In this document: positions 26,161 through 37,003 of the stretch, in pieces | How positions within the stretch are numbered: position 1 is the first letter of the stretch | How the letters are laid out: each line of letters starts with the position of its first letter | From: a virus | Strand: one strand, 5' to 3' | Virus record (IMG/VR): IMGVR_UViG_3300010376_000001 | Span: 1 to 64,000 of that record | Length of the DNA stretch: 64,000 nt | Program-made: the position numbers and the translations under genes | Notes under the pieces: model-generated | The model's database searches: none | What the model was told of the DNA's origin: nothing | What the model saw: the letters and a program-made list of their open reading frames with translations, nothing else

Positions 26161-27351
26161 TTAGCGATTGGTACAGGTGTAGTACAAAGTCAGGTAACCA
26201 TAATCGAAAGTATCATTTGCCGATTGTGCCCGAATAGTAATGTTAACGGCATCAACTGAAATTGCGTAAGATCCAGGCTGCCCTGAAACAGGTACTGGTA
26301 TCCAGCTGGGGTTAGTTGAATCATGAAACCAAGAATCGTGACGAATGATATTGGCTAAGAAGGTGATATTATGCGCAACAGTACTTGAATTATTACCACC
26401 TGGTAACGTGCCTAAATTGATTGTCTTCTGGTAAACCTTCTTCCCATCAATCCAGAGCCGGCCAGTCCACTGCTCGTTAGTAGAATAATTGATTACACCT
26501 TGTGGCGGCAGGGCAATCCAGTCACCGGATTGTCGTCCATAAAACCGACCATCAGTAGGCGCCTCTCCCGGAATACCAATCCAGGTTTCACTTTGCCGGC
26601 CATAAACGTTGGTATCAATCGGTGCTTCTAAGACCACATCCGGTAGCTGTGCCATTGGCACCTGACCATCCAAGTCCAACCCGGCATAACCAAATGGAGT
26701 GCCCTTGTTTACCTGGACCTCAACTACGCCAGCCGTTCCGCCTACCCCGGACCAAGGCACACTCTCAGCCTGATCTACTACCCCGTTAGCATTCTGGTCA
26801 TAAACACTCAGACGCATCTCACCACCAGCATCAGCATACTGGGCATGATCAACTAGGTTTGGATTGTACTGACTCGCTCCTAAACAGTAATCGCTCTTGA
26901 GCATTACCTGGCCAACCGCACCACCACCACCACCACCTCCACCCCCACCTCCGCCACTAGGCGGTGTACTGCCATTAGTCATTACCCCCGGCACAGCGGT
27001 AATCGGCCAGGTGCCAGCCATGATGGTTGTAACTGTTCCCATCAAGTCAGCCATATCTAGATTGAAGTAATACGCCCCTGGCTCAAGTGTAGCCGTCAGG
27101 CTGCTCGGTACCGAAAAAGTAGTTTGTCCATCTGGAGATAAATCAGCCTCAACCCAGTTGATTCGAACTGGTGGTTGTAACTGGCCAGTCAAATCCTTAC
27201 TGGCGATAAAGGAAAAAGAGTACCCAGTGATATCAATCGGTGAGCCGTTCTGGTTAACGGTTACATTGAATGACATCGAGTTACCCTTAGGGCAAGCTGG
27301 CAAACCGACTGTGTTACCCATAGTTTTAAAGTGGTTGATTGCGCAGCACAC
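26161..27351 (-). CDS. fibre or baseplate-type structural protein (start uncertain)
   Basis: Ig-like N-terminal region, a G12 tract (nt 26920-26955), ..VYDQNANGVVDQAE.. and two EAPxDG..YGRQ..W motifs shared with other fibre genes. Alternative starts at 27321 (MGNTV) or 27276 (MSFNV, AAGGG upstream) would avoid the 26-nt overlap. Confidence 0.6.
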   Translation of the reverse strand: MCCAINHFKTMGNTVGLPACPKGNSMSFNVTVNQNGSPIDITGYSFSFIASKDLTGQLQPPVRINWVEADLSPDGQTTFSVPSSLTATLEPGAYYFNLDMADLMGTVTTIMAGTWPITAVPGVMTNGSTPPSGGGGGGGGGGGGAVGQVMLKSDYCLGASQYNPNLVDHAQYADAGGEMRLSVYDQNANGVVDQAESVPWSGVGGTAGVVEVQVNKGTPFGYAGLDLDGQVPMAQLPDVVLEAPIDTNVYGRQSETWIGIPGEAPTDGRFYGRQSGDWIALPPQGVINYSTNEQWTGRLWIDGKKVYQKTINLGTLPGGNNSSTVAHNITFLANIIRHDSWFHDSTNPSWIPVPVSGQPGSYAISVDAVNITIRAQSANDTFDYGYLTLYYTCTNR

Positions 27352-29254
27352 CCGTCATCCAGCCGCGCATTTGAATATTGAGGTTACCGGTGGCACTGCC
27401 CCGATGCGCCCTAAGCTCGTCATTTAAAATCTTGCAAGCCCGTTGTTCATGGACTTGGGCCACATCCAGCTTCTGGGCTTCCTCATTGGCAATAGCAAAC
27501 ACCATTTCTTTAAGTGCCGGGTAATTGGTTACAGTCATGAAGTCATCTGGATTCCATACCCGGGCAGCCTTTAGCTTGCACTGGCAGTAGGCTGCCGCAT
27601 CAAAGGGGAGCGGGTCATGCCCGAGTCCGCCAACAAACCAGCGCCGGAACTCGGCTACCTTCATTTGAGGTGGCATGCTCGCCAGGGTCTGACCGTAGGC
27701 CCAGAGCTGGATTGAGCCTTGAGTCAGCGGCTTTAATATTGCCGTTATATTGCCAAATAAACTAAGTGAGGAATTATTGACAAAAACCTGCTCACCCTTC
27801 CACTTGGTCCCATTGATCTCGACCTGGTTATCAATTTCGTTCCCGTTCTGATCGTACCCCTGGATCAGTACCCATTGCTGGGAGTCAGCGGCAGTAGTCG
27901 AACCCACCGCAATATTCGTTGGATCCCGTAAAAGAAAGAAGGTCGGCCCGGTCCCACGATCAATAGCTGACATAGCCGGAGAATCGTCCTTAGTCTTTAT
28001 TCCCACAGCACCTTCCTGGCTTTCAAACCAGCGATTACGCATAACCATAGCCCGGTTTTGAATAGCCAGCGTGGTAATAGACTCGACATTTGGCGGGGGA
28101 ATTACATACCCATCTCCCAGAATCTTAAGCCAGAGATTGATTACCGTATTCTTCCAGTACCCCTGGCTGATTAATCGTTCCTGCGCGGTATTAAGCCCTC
28201 TGGTTATATTGCGTAAACCAACTCGCAAGAACTGCGGATTCTCCAGAGCAAGCCTGGCTCGGATATGACCCAGCTGGTTCTTATCATAAGTCGCCTCATC
28301 ATTTAGACACTGTGCCTTACGATAACTGACTCTGGTTGGATCTTGCTGGTACTGCTTGGCCTCAGCTTGCAACAGATCAAGCGCACGCTTATGGAACTCG
28401 GCACTGGACTGAAAATCGTTCCCATCCTCGCGATCCAAGGCCATCATTTCCAGGCGCAACGCTCCCAGATTAGACAGGATCAGAAAATCTGTGTCATTCT
28501 GGATAGGCAGGAACCGACGGATACCCGTTACCCGAATTCGAACAGGTGGTTCAGCAGGATCTACTGCTGGGATATCGTCACAGTAGTAACGACGATAGGA
28601 AGGTACTCGCTCAGTCGGATCCAGGATGGCCAGCATAATATGGTTACCGGTATTTAAGGGATCAACCTCATAAACTCGTACTGGCCCAACTGTTTGAGGT
28701 TTCTCGATATTAGTGATACGCGAGAAAGTGCTAGCTGTTACTGCTCCAGCAATTGTCAGATCTACTAGCTCGCCTGGAGCATAACCTTGAGCTTGTACGG
28801 TATAGATTTCATTGCCATTCTCATCTAACCCAAAGATCCGAATCTGGGAGCCAGTCGTCTCTGTAAACTGGCTGTAAATAATCAGCTGCCCAGGAGTACA
28901 AATATCGAATAGGGTTGGATACTCACCACGATCAATCAGTACCACGTCATTCAGGAACTCCGGGTCAATGTAGGTACTGGGATTTTCAATTGAGTACCAG
29001 CCACTGGTTACATCCAGGCTTTGGTCCAGGATAAATACCTCCATGACGGCATCAATCTCGCGTGGCAAGGTAAAGCACTTAGCCTGAGTACAAACATTGT
29101 ACTCTTGCACCATGCCGACAAAAACTCCACCTGCCATTAATCGCTCAGTAGCCTGGTTAATCCGATCCGGTACGCGCGGGTCAGTTACCGGCACTCCGTT
29201 ATCTACCGCGCGGCAGAGTTGCGGCCTGGCTTCAGCTAGTGTGATTCGTGCCAT
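27326..29254 (-). CDS. large virion structural protein, function unknown
   Basis: 642-aa ORF in the tail block. Only the N-terminus (MARITLAEAR..) loosely recalls head-tail adaptor N-termini. No firm motif. Confidence 0.4.
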   Translation of the reverse strand: MARITLAEARPQLCRAVDNGVPVTDPRVPDRINQATERLMAGGVFVGMVQEYNVCTQAKCFTLPREIDAVMEVFILDQSLDVTSGWYSIENPSTYIDPEFLNDVVLIDRGEYPTLFDICTPGQLIIYSQFTETTGSQIRIFGLDENGNEIYTVQAQGYAPGELVDLTIAGAVTASTFSRITNIEKPQTVGPVRVYEVDPLNTGNHIMLAILDPTERVPSYRRYYCDDIPAVDPAEPPVRIRVTGIRRFLPIQNDTDFLILSNLGALRLEMMALDREDGNDFQSSAEFHKRALDLLQAEAKQYQQDPTRVSYRKAQCLNDEATYDKNQLGHIRARLALENPQFLRVGLRNITRGLNTAQERLISQGYWKNTVINLWLKILGDGYVIPPPNVESITTLAIQNRAMVMRNRWFESQEGAVGIKTKDDSPAMSAIDRGTGPTFFLLRDPTNIAVGSTTAADSQQWVLIQGYDQNGNEIDNQVEINGTKWKGEQVFVNNSSLSLFGNITAILKPLTQGSIQLWAYGQTLASMPPQMKVAEFRRWFVGGLGHDPLPFDAAAYCQCKLKAARVWNPDDFMTVTNYPALKEMVFAIANEEAQKLDVAQVHEQRACKILNDELRAHRGSATGNLNIQMRGWMTGVLRNQPL

Positions 29255-29452
29255 TTAGCGTATTGATCCAACATTCAGTAAGGGCAAGAGCAGGTATATC
29301 AGAATGAGCACGAAAATTATTACTATGATAAACCGTGCTATCTGAGCAAAAGGAGCTGGCAATGGCAGAAAGGACAAAGCCCACCAGACCAGCCAGCAGA
29401 TCAATCCCATTACCAGGATTACGATCAGTATATGGATGAGTGCAGCGATCAT
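29255..29452 (-). CDS. 65-aa two-helix membrane protein
   Basis: Almost entirely hydrophobic (IHILIVILVMGLICWLVWWAL .. FIIVIIFVLILIYLLLPLL). ATGA overlap upstream and TAA-ATG junction downstream. Confidence 0.6.
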   Translation of the reverse strand: MIAALIHILIVILVMGLICWLVWWALSFLPLPAPFAQIARFIIVIIFVLILIYLLLPLLNVGSIR

Positions 29453-30153
29453 GTTGTGTACCCCACGAATTGTGCAAACCCTAAAGCAATGTAAGGCGGG
29501 ATCAGGCTAATAGGAGCCTGTGCGCCAGTACCAGATAGCGGATAAGTCCAGACAGCATCATGCTGATCACCGTACCCGGTTACACCGGTCATATTTCCAC
29601 CTTGAAATCCATCCCTAGTATTTAACGTAATAGTCATAGAAGGCAGATTTGTTAACTGGATTTGAAAAGTAGCTCGCCCACCAGTATAAGCATCATATCC
29701 GTCTACATTAGTTACCCACAAATACCAGCCATCGCATCGGTATCCAGGGACGATAAATTTATTAGTCAGATTGATTGTGCCGTTGTTGCCATTAGCAATA
29801 GCCCAACCATCCCAGGGCAGCGTAGCATAGCCCAGCCCACTACCATCGAAATAGGTAGCCCAGTCTCCGGCATACATGGTGATCTGAGCTGGATTACCGG
29901 TCGCTACCTGGCGCCACCGCCCATTATACATGACAAATAGCCCAAGAGGCCGACCAACTGAGTCAGTCTTTAACCAGATCTTATTCTGATCTTGTGCCTG
30001 GGGCGTATTCGGCCCTTTAACCAGGAGTACATAATCCGGATCAAACTGGTAAAGCGTGTACTGCGCTACTGTCTGCAGTAAGGATTGAAAAGTCGAAGGC
30101 GCACTTAAACTCTTGGGAAACTGTAATGGCTGCGCTCTGATTGGAATCGACAT
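29449..30153 (-). CDS. tail-collar-type small fibre protein (paralogue of 30154..31092)
   Basis: ..WDGWAIANGNNGTINLTNKFIVPGY.. and C-terminal ..PPYIALGFAQFVGY.. match tail-collar (MdpB-like) hallmarks. The N-terminus is alignable with its neighbour. Confidence 0.65.
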   Translation of the reverse strand: MSIPIRAQPLQFPKSLSAPSTFQSLLQTVAQYTLYQFDPDYVLLVKGPNTPQAQDQNKIWLKTDSVGRPLGLFVMYNGRWRQVATGNPAQITMYAGDWATYFDGSGLGYATLPWDGWAIANGNNGTINLTNKFIVPGYRCDGWYLWVTNVDGYDAYTGGRATFQIQLTNLPSMTITLNTRDGFQGGNMTGVTGYGDQHDAVWTYPLSGTGAQAPISLIPPYIALGFAQFVGYTT

Positions 30154-31092
30154 TTATTTGTAACCCATAAATTGTACGTACCCTAAAGCGATATAAGGCG
30201 GTAATCGACTGACTGGGGTATCTTTCATGTATGGTGCTTGATCAATCGGATACTGCCAAAGACCAGCGAAACTCTGCTGAGCAGAGGGTGCTCCAGGTGG
30301 TGAAACTGATCGCATGCCGCCACTTGCCGTGTCGCCAGCGTCATGCCCGACAAAGATAAGCTCGTAATTGTTGTTCGAGCCACCCTGCATATTCAGTTCT
30401 ACATTTACCCCGATAAAAGGCATTGCCCCTGAGCCATTACCTAAGTTAAAAGGAGCAATCTGGAAAAAGTGCCAGCCGCCTGTAACGGCATCTACTGGAG
30501 CTGTCTGGGCAGCTTGTACATTTGGGCCAGTAAAGCTAATGCCCAAATCGGTATTGTAAGCAACTTCACCCTGAATCCTACCAGGGCCATGACCACCACC
30601 GCCAGGTCCCTCACCACCTGGTTGATCCAGGGCACTTCCAACATTGGTAATCCAGCCTTGGCCGCTGGCATATCGGTAACCAGGCACAACAAATTTATGC
30701 CCCAGATTAACTGTGCCATTGTTCCCATTACATATGGCCCAACCTTCCCAGCCAGTGGCCTCAATTCCATAGCCACTGGAATCAAAGTATGGCCCGGGTG
30801 GCCCACAAAAAGTACGAATTTCGCCAAACTTGCCAGTATAGACCTGCCACCAATTGTTACGATAGCCGGTCATTGCTCGAGGTGCTAAGAAACGACCTTG
30901 CAACATCCAGATCCAGAGTGAATCCAAGCTTGCCCCAGAGCCATCTGCGTTAGCCATGACTGGCGGCCCACTAACCTGTGCTTCGTAATCAGTATACTGG
31001 GCAATCGCCTCCAGCACTCCCTGCATCTCATTTGGTACCGTGTAATTAGACGGCACATTTTTAGGAGTAGCTGTAACTGGGATCGGAATCAT
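30154..31092 (-). CDS. tail-collar-type small fibre protein (paralogue of 29449..30153)
   Basis: ..WEGWAICNGNNGTVNLGHKFVVPGY.. and ..PPYIALGYVQFMGY.. It carries an extra Gly-rich insertion relative to the paralogue. Confidence 0.65.
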   Translation of the reverse strand: MIPIPVTATPKNVPSNYTVPNEMQGVLEAIAQYTDYEAQVSGPPVMANADGSGASLDSLWIWMLQGRFLAPRAMTGYRNNWWQVYTGKFGEIRTFCGPPGPYFDSSGYGIEATGWEGWAICNGNNGTVNLGHKFVVPGYRYASGQGWITNVGSALDQPGGEGPGGGGHGPGRIQGEVAYNTDLGISFTGPNVQAAQTAPVDAVTGGWHFFQIAPFNLGNGSGAMPFIGVNVELNMQGGSNNNYELIFVGHDAGDTASGGMRSVSPPGAPSAQQSFAGLWQYPIDQAPYMKDTPVSRLPPYIALGYVQFMGYK

Positions 31093-33503
31093 GGCAGCGG
31101 TACTCCGGGTTCAACCAGGATTTCACGCACTGGTGGCAGTGGCCCTGGTGTTATAGACAGGCCCAGCATCTCATCCACAGTTGGCTGAGGCGTGTATTGC
31201 AAACTGACTCCACCAGAACGAACTGCTGCCTTACCATTCAGAGAACAATCTATTTCTCCGTCATAAGCATCGTTGTAGATTTGCCAAGCAGGTGAAGGCA
31301 TCTTAGCCAATCGCCCTGCTGGTGAACGAGTGTCAAAAAACCAGGCTGCAATATGCTGTGGCCCGGCCGGCTCAAGCCCGAGTGTGGCACAGTAAAGCGC
31401 AATTGCCTGATAAACTTCGTCAATGGCAAAATCTGTTCCGTATGCCCCCTGGATATTCCAAAGATGATAATTGTTCCAAAACACAGCAGCATTCGCATTA
31501 GTGGCATCCATGTAACTGAGTGGAATATTGGCGGCACCAGACCATTGAATTGTCTGATTGCGCGTAAATGGATCCGCTGCGCTACCTTGGACTGAACCAT
31601 ACCCGGTAATGGTTACCCATTTTTTCATGCCAGGATCCCAGGCGGTTCGGATACCATTATAGGAATCTTCGAAATAAAACTCGCCACCAGACAGGTTATC
31701 GCCCTGGCCTAAAAGAAACCGGAGCCAGTAAATCCGGCCATTCCAGTTGCTGTACCCAGCTGGCTGTTTGTAAGGCGACGAAGGATTACCCATCCAGGCG
31801 GTCTGGTTTGCGCTAGGCATAACAAATGTTTTGCCCGGATCAGGAACAGCATCCTGATCTTGTACCTGGTTTACCAGAATTGATACCTTGTCTGGCGTAT
31901 AGGTCAGCTCAATTGCGCCATGCCAGAGTGTAAAAAGAGCTACTGATAAAGTACTCCCATCATTTTGCGGCAGCTGTAGCGTAATTGTACCATCCAGTAT
32001 ATCGATGTTAAGCCCAAAAGAGCTATTGAATATCCGGTAGTTCTGATTAGTTGAGCTAGTCAGCGCGTTTAAGGCGAACTCAATTTCAAATTGAAGCTGG
32101 CTACTATCCGGAATACTGGCTGGCGCGCTAAAAAAGCAGTATGTCTCGGTATCGAACTCGATATAGTTTGAATGCAGATCTGGGATCTGGGCAATCCCTC
32201 CACTATCTGGGGTAAATGTAGCAGTTTCACTAATTACCACAGCATTACCAATAATGTGTGCACAAACTTTTGGATCACCCGGGCACACAGCAATAGGTGG
32301 AGTACAACCAGCTAACCTCCCTGGTATGCGTGGATAGTAATGATTAAAGTCTAGCCACTCTTCAATATCCTTTACCCCCTTAACTCGTGGATTAATCTGC
32401 TGCTTAGTCAGGCCAGTTTTAAACGTATTGGTGGTATTCGATATCAGTCGATCAGTAAAAGGACTTCCTCGCCACAGAAAATTAGCTAAAGAAAAATCAT
32501 ACCCCTCACTTCGTAGCGTATTTAAAGTCAGCTGAGTTACATCCTCAGAATTATCCAGGGCTAATGGAGCAAACCAATTTACACCAACCAGATCCAGTTC
32601 TGCAGTAGTCCAGATTGGGTCGAGGTTACATGCAAAATTAGCAATCAGATATGGATAAAAATATTCATCCAGATCGGCAAAATATGTAACCAGTGAATTA
32701 GGTAGCTTTGCTTTAGCGTATCGAATTAAACCTTGAAAGGCAGAAACTATCTGTGGAAACTTGGAACGATCACTGATTGCCGTCAGATCGCGCATGCCAG
32801 AACCGATTGAAAAAAGCCAAGGGCGGACATTATTGGTTACACAAAGATCAACATAATGCTTAATGAATAGCGTATAGTTATTCAGGTAAGTCGTTAACTG
32901 TGTAGTAGCTGCCCAGGATTTATTGTTTCGATCAATCTCCCACTCTCCACCGTTATTGTAATAGTAATTCCGGCTTATCAATGCATTGATAGGCAAGATT
33001 CCTACCTCATACCCCTGGCTTTGCAGGTACTTAATACCTTGGATCAAGGTAGTATCTTCTGGGGTTGGCCAGACCTGATGATTGTTCTTTAACCAATAGG
33101 CATTGCTCCGAGTCCAAGGGCCAACCTGCCACATAGGCGGTGGATTAGACCAGTTCCAGCTTTGCACCTCTGGACCAATAGCTGGGCCGATATTGAACAT
33201 CCAGCCCGTACCGCTATCATTTGAGGTATACCAGTAAAGGGCAATCAGTACCCGCTTGACTGTGGGCAATTGTTTTAAATCGTTCTGGACCAGGTAAACC
33301 AGGTCGCTCATAGGCGCACTAGCTGGGTCATTCTGGTAAGACTGGGTATTTACGCCATAGGTGCCGCCAAGCTTAGTCCAATATCCGCCAGGGGCCATCC
33401 CGTACTCGCCATAAGGACGAATCACTACGGTATCAGGCAGAAACTGCGGCACGAATACCTTGTATGAGCCTATCTTGTAGCTGAGATCTGAAGGTACACT
33501 CAT
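31089..33503 (-). CDS. large tail protein, possibly with a TIM-barrel glycoside-hydrolase-like (GTA-type) domain
   Basis: 804 aa. The N-terminal half (..VLIALYWYTSND..GYEVGILPIN..RPWLFSIGSGMRDLT..) resembles the TIM-barrel-like domain of GTA/phage host-specificity proteins as I recall it. The central part is AT-richer by eye. Confidence 0.35.
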   Translation of the reverse strand: MSVPSDLSYKIGSYKVFVPQFLPDTVVIRPYGEYGMAPGGYWTKLGGTYGVNTQSYQNDPASAPMSDLVYLVQNDLKQLPTVKRVLIALYWYTSNDSGTGWMFNIGPAIGPEVQSWNWSNPPPMWQVGPWTRSNAYWLKNNHQVWPTPEDTTLIQGIKYLQSQGYEVGILPINALISRNYYYNNGGEWEIDRNNKSWAATTQLTTYLNNYTLFIKHYVDLCVTNNVRPWLFSIGSGMRDLTAISDRSKFPQIVSAFQGLIRYAKAKLPNSLVTYFADLDEYFYPYLIANFACNLDPIWTTAELDLVGVNWFAPLALDNSEDVTQLTLNTLRSEGYDFSLANFLWRGSPFTDRLISNTTNTFKTGLTKQQINPRVKGVKDIEEWLDFNHYYPRIPGRLAGCTPPIAVCPGDPKVCAHIIGNAVVISETATFTPDSGGIAQIPDLHSNYIEFDTETYCFFSAPASIPDSSQLQFEIEFALNALTSSTNQNYRIFNSSFGLNIDILDGTITLQLPQNDGSTLSVALFTLWHGAIELTYTPDKVSILVNQVQDQDAVPDPGKTFVMPSANQTAWMGNPSSPYKQPAGYSNWNGRIYWLRFLLGQGDNLSGGEFYFEDSYNGIRTAWDPGMKKWVTITGYGSVQGSAADPFTRNQTIQWSGAANIPLSYMDATNANAAVFWNNYHLWNIQGAYGTDFAIDEVYQAIALYCATLGLEPAGPQHIAAWFFDTRSPAGRLAKMPSPAWQIYNDAYDGEIDCSLNGKAAVRSGGVSLQYTPQPTVDEMLGLSITPGPLPPVREILVEPGVPLP

Positions 33504-35299
33504 GTCAGGCGCCCTTTAAATTTAGCAATCTCTACTAGTTTCTGGGCATGTAGCCGTAGCCGACTGATTGACCAGGAACCAGTAATATCCAGCCGTACCT
33601 GGAAGGAGTAACCCAGGTTTGCTTTACGGCCAGTACTTAAATCCTCTCCATTCGGAGGAGTGGGTAACTGGAACCGAGGCTCAAAAGAAGGCTGGTAATA
33701 CTGCAGCGGAAATACTTGCTCAGATGTACCAGACCGGTACTGTGTTCTGATTATGTTGTTGTACCAGGGGAACCAGTTAGGGTATTCATCCGGTCGATAA
33801 GAAGCGGTGATGTTAACATCTCCACGCAAATTGTTAAACCAGATATCACCACCATAAAGCCTCTTTTCCTCCCGATCATTCTGGAAAATAAAAGCGCGCG
33901 ATTCGACGGACGATTGGATTGGCTGGTCAGTTGTACCGAAATTATCAAATGGATCGTCCTTGGTAATCTCATAAAGCTGAATCCGTCCATTATCATTAGC
34001 CAAAGCAAAGGCTTTATCCTCGGTATTAATGGATCCCTCTAAAAGCTGATAAGGAAAAATACCAGTCCAGAGATCGTTCCAGACTGGATAAGGATTCATG
34101 TACAACTGCAGATAAGGCGATGGAGTAATAGAGACACTGGAAACAGGATGGAAATCTAGTACCAGCATGCCCTGATGATAGATTCCATTCGGTCCTTGGG
34201 TCGGAAGATGAGTAACAATCAGCCGATTATCAAAAAATATGGTCGATCCAAAAGAAAGCAGCGGCTCAGACTCATCACTGATTCGATGCTGTACCTCACT
34301 GGAAAATGAAGTTTGTGCCCAGCTCCCGCCATTCCCGTTGGGCTGCATACTTTGGGCTCGGGCATTCCGATAAGAGCACCAGCCGTTGTAGGCTCTATAC
34401 CAAATATCGCCATTGACTGCCGCAGCAGATAGATCACCCAATGAACCGTTGTTTACCAAGGTGACAGTAATAAATCCACCAGCCTGCCCGCTTATATCTT
34501 TCCAGCCAACAGTGATTAACTGCCCTTGTGTTGAATAAGTTGTTTCTCTGGGAAATTCTACCTTAGCTGTAATAGCACCGTCAGTACCAAATATAATTAA
34601 TGATCCCTGCCCGGTAGCGGTATCCATTACTGGGGTAAACATCATTCCCGTAATCTCACCGACAAATGAAGGTGGCCCAAAATCACCTCCTTCATCCAGA
34701 TAATTAGTTTCAGTAAAAGTCAACGGCGCACCGGTAATACTTCCAGTCTGATCACCAGCTCGAACAGCGCGCGGCCCGACCTTAACAAATAAACGCCCCT
34801 GGCCATAAGCCATCATGGTACCAACTGGCACAGTAGCAGAAGTTGCTACAGTAGAACCGTCCCAGGTTAGCGGTGGATTCTGCCCATCCTGTACCACCAG
34901 GTACTTGTCTGCTATGCAAAAATAACACCTGGTTACATAAGGGTTAAGGTAATTGTAGATTAGAGGACTAACATTGGCATACCCGCTTTCCAGCTGCAGC
35001 TGGTAAAGATTCGCTCCTGAAGCCACTATAATGGCTGGCTTGTAAAAGATTAAGTCTGGAAAGTAACAGGCTCCGCGAAAAGCACCTTGTTCAAAAAGAT
35101 TTTGATCAGCTGGATTAGCGTATCTTAAGATCCACTTCTTAAATCCAGGACGATTAGAGAGAAATCCACCACGGTATGCGCAATTAACTGACCGAACACA
35201 ACGGTCTGGCTGCAAAAGACGAGGCTGGTGCCCGGTATCGGTTCCACCTTGAAAGGAAACGATTTGGTCTTGCAGTTCACCTTGGGTAACTTCAGCCAT
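33500..35299 (-). CDS. virion structural protein, function unknown (beta-rich)
   Basis: 599-aa ORF, translationally coupled on both sides. No motif recognised. Confidence 0.4.
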   Translation of the reverse strand: MAEVTQGELQDQIVSFQGGTDTGHQPRLLQPDRCVRSVNCAYRGGFLSNRPGFKKWILRYANPADQNLFEQGAFRGACYFPDLIFYKPAIIVASGANLYQLQLESGYANVSPLIYNYLNPYVTRCYFCIADKYLVVQDGQNPPLTWDGSTVATSATVPVGTMMAYGQGRLFVKVGPRAVRAGDQTGSITGAPLTFTETNYLDEGGDFGPPSFVGEITGMMFTPVMDTATGQGSLIIFGTDGAITAKVEFPRETTYSTQGQLITVGWKDISGQAGGFITVTLVNNGSLGDLSAAAVNGDIWYRAYNGWCSYRNARAQSMQPNGNGGSWAQTSFSSEVQHRISDESEPLLSFGSTIFFDNRLIVTHLPTQGPNGIYHQGMLVLDFHPVSSVSITPSPYLQLYMNPYPVWNDLWTGIFPYQLLEGSINTEDKAFALANDNGRIQLYEITKDDPFDNFGTTDQPIQSSVESRAFIFQNDREEKRLYGGDIWFNNLRGDVNITASYRPDEYPNWFPWYNNIIRTQYRSGTSEQVFPLQYYQPSFEPRFQLPTPPNGEDLSTGRKANLGYSFQVRLDITGSWSISRLRLHAQKLVEIAKFKGRLT

Positions 35300-37003
35300 T
35301 TACGTACTCTGGATAACGTGATCTATGCCACCGCCTCCCATGTAATGAAGCTTGTTGTCCCCTGGGCTGAGATATAAAAAACAAGCATTCTGCCCTGGGT
35401 TGTAAAAGCCTATACCGGCGCGACCTGCTGCAGTTGCTGCCTGGATCAGTATAGCTGCCTGTGAATAGCTAGGTGGCCCTAAACCAACATCTTTTGTGCA
35501 AACAATTTGGCCGCTATTATAGGAAAAAATGGCATTATTTACTGTATCTCCATTTTTATTAACTGGTGGGTAATTTAAACCATAGGCATATGGGCTATTA
35601 CCCTGAGTACAAGGAGGAGAAGCCAAGCCGTAAGCATACGGACTATTACCATTGTCACAAAGAACTCGAACTCTTCCACCGGAGTCAACAGTGCGCATGC
35701 TAAAATCGTTTTCCAGATAAAGCGACAACGCACCAACCGGTATATTCCAAAAGGCAATCTGTGCTCTGGCTCCAGAAGTAGAAGCCTGTACTCGAATTGG
35801 CGCTACCGACCAGGAGGCTGAACCTAAACCAGCCTCTTTTTGCCAGGCGAATATACCGGTATTTGTCATCTGGTCCCCATTCCAGTTAACTGGGCGGAAA
35901 CCTAGATTAGCCTGAGCCACGCCAGCAGCTAAAGCAGAAGCCATAATTGACTTGGCCGCCAATTGACTACCTGGAATCGAAGAAATTGAAGAGAGCAAAT
36001 AAGCTGCTGTGCCATCTGCATACTGCAAATTCAAATCTGAATGACCACTATTGTACCAGATCGCGACTGAACCACCACCGGGCGCCAGACGAGCTAAACC
36101 AATTGTCGGATATCCAGTACCAGTGGGAGTCACCTCAGCAAATAGGTGCGCATTCTGGTACATATTGGCATTGACGTTTGGTCCACTCATCAACACCGCC
36201 AGCTGGCCACTCATCACGTCCCCAGTCTTATTGACCGGTTCGAAACCCAGATTTGTGGCAGCTGCACCCAAGGCCAGTTTATCTGCAGTAACTGCTCCTG
36301 GCTGAATTGCGGCATTGTTTACGCCATTGGGCTGGACTGCTTCAGCTTTGTCTACAATCCCGTTAAAATTACGGTCATAGACCGCCATGGTCATATCACC
36401 CGCACCGACACTGGCCGGGTACCAGCCCAATACTCCATCTGGGTCCGTCCCGTAACGCATATCCGGGCCGGGATCGGCTTGATCACCAATCAAGGAGATT
36501 GTCAGGTCACCTGATAATGGCCCTCCGCCTTCAATCGAAAACGAGGTATTGACCATCCTCGTATTGGGCACCTTGGTTCCCAGATCAGTAGTCAGATTTA
36601 TAACATCTGACTCATGAATGGGTAGCGTTGGTGGAAAGGTCAGTGGTACACCGGTAATTCCACCCCAGGGTACATGCGCAGCCTGACTGACTATTCCAGT
36701 TGCACTGGGGTCATAGGTGCTCTGGAGCATGACCCCAGGAGTATTGCCAGCCAGGACCGATGAAGTAATAACTAGCGCGTTACCATCCGGCGCTTTAGTA
36801 ATTGTTACTCCAGTGCCGGGCTGTAATCGATAAAATGCCAGCTCAGAGTTGGTATCTGTACCCTGTAAAACAGGTTGTCCATCACTGGATGTACCCAAGT
36901 TATAACCGTCCAGGATCGCACCAGCAGTGGGTGCAAGCGTACCCTGTACCTCGCGGCCAAGATCGACCTTTTTGCCAAGTGGAGTCCAGCCGTTATTGCT
37001 CAT
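35300..37003 (-). CDS. fibre-like structural protein
   Basis: ..AVYDRNFNGIVDKAEAV.. motif shared with 26161..27351. Repeated ..NSPYAYGL.. segments. Ala/Gly/Thr/Ser-rich beta-type composition. Confidence 0.55.
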   Translation of the reverse strand: MSNNGWTPLGKKVDLGREVQGTLAPTAGAILDGYNLGTSSDGQPVLQGTDTNSELAFYRLQPGTGVTITKAPDGNALVITSSVLAGNTPGVMLQSTYDPSATGIVSQAAHVPWGGITGVPLTFPPTLPIHESDVINLTTDLGTKVPNTRMVNTSFSIEGGGPLSGDLTISLIGDQADPGPDMRYGTDPDGVLGWYPASVGAGDMTMAVYDRNFNGIVDKAEAVQPNGVNNAAIQPGAVTADKLALGAAATNLGFEPVNKTGDVMSGQLAVLMSGPNVNANMYQNAHLFAEVTPTGTGYPTIGLARLAPGGGSVAIWYNSGHSDLNLQYADGTAAYLLSSISSIPGSQLAAKSIMASALAAGVAQANLGFRPVNWNGDQMTNTGIFAWQKEAGLGSASWSVAPIRVQASTSGARAQIAFWNIPVGALSLYLENDFSMRTVDSGGRVRVLCDNGNSPYAYGLASPPCTQGNSPYAYGLNYPPVNKNGDTVNNAIFSYNSGQIVCTKDVGLGPPSYSQAAILIQAATAAGRAGIGFYNPGQNACFLYLSPGDNKLHYMGGGGIDHVIQST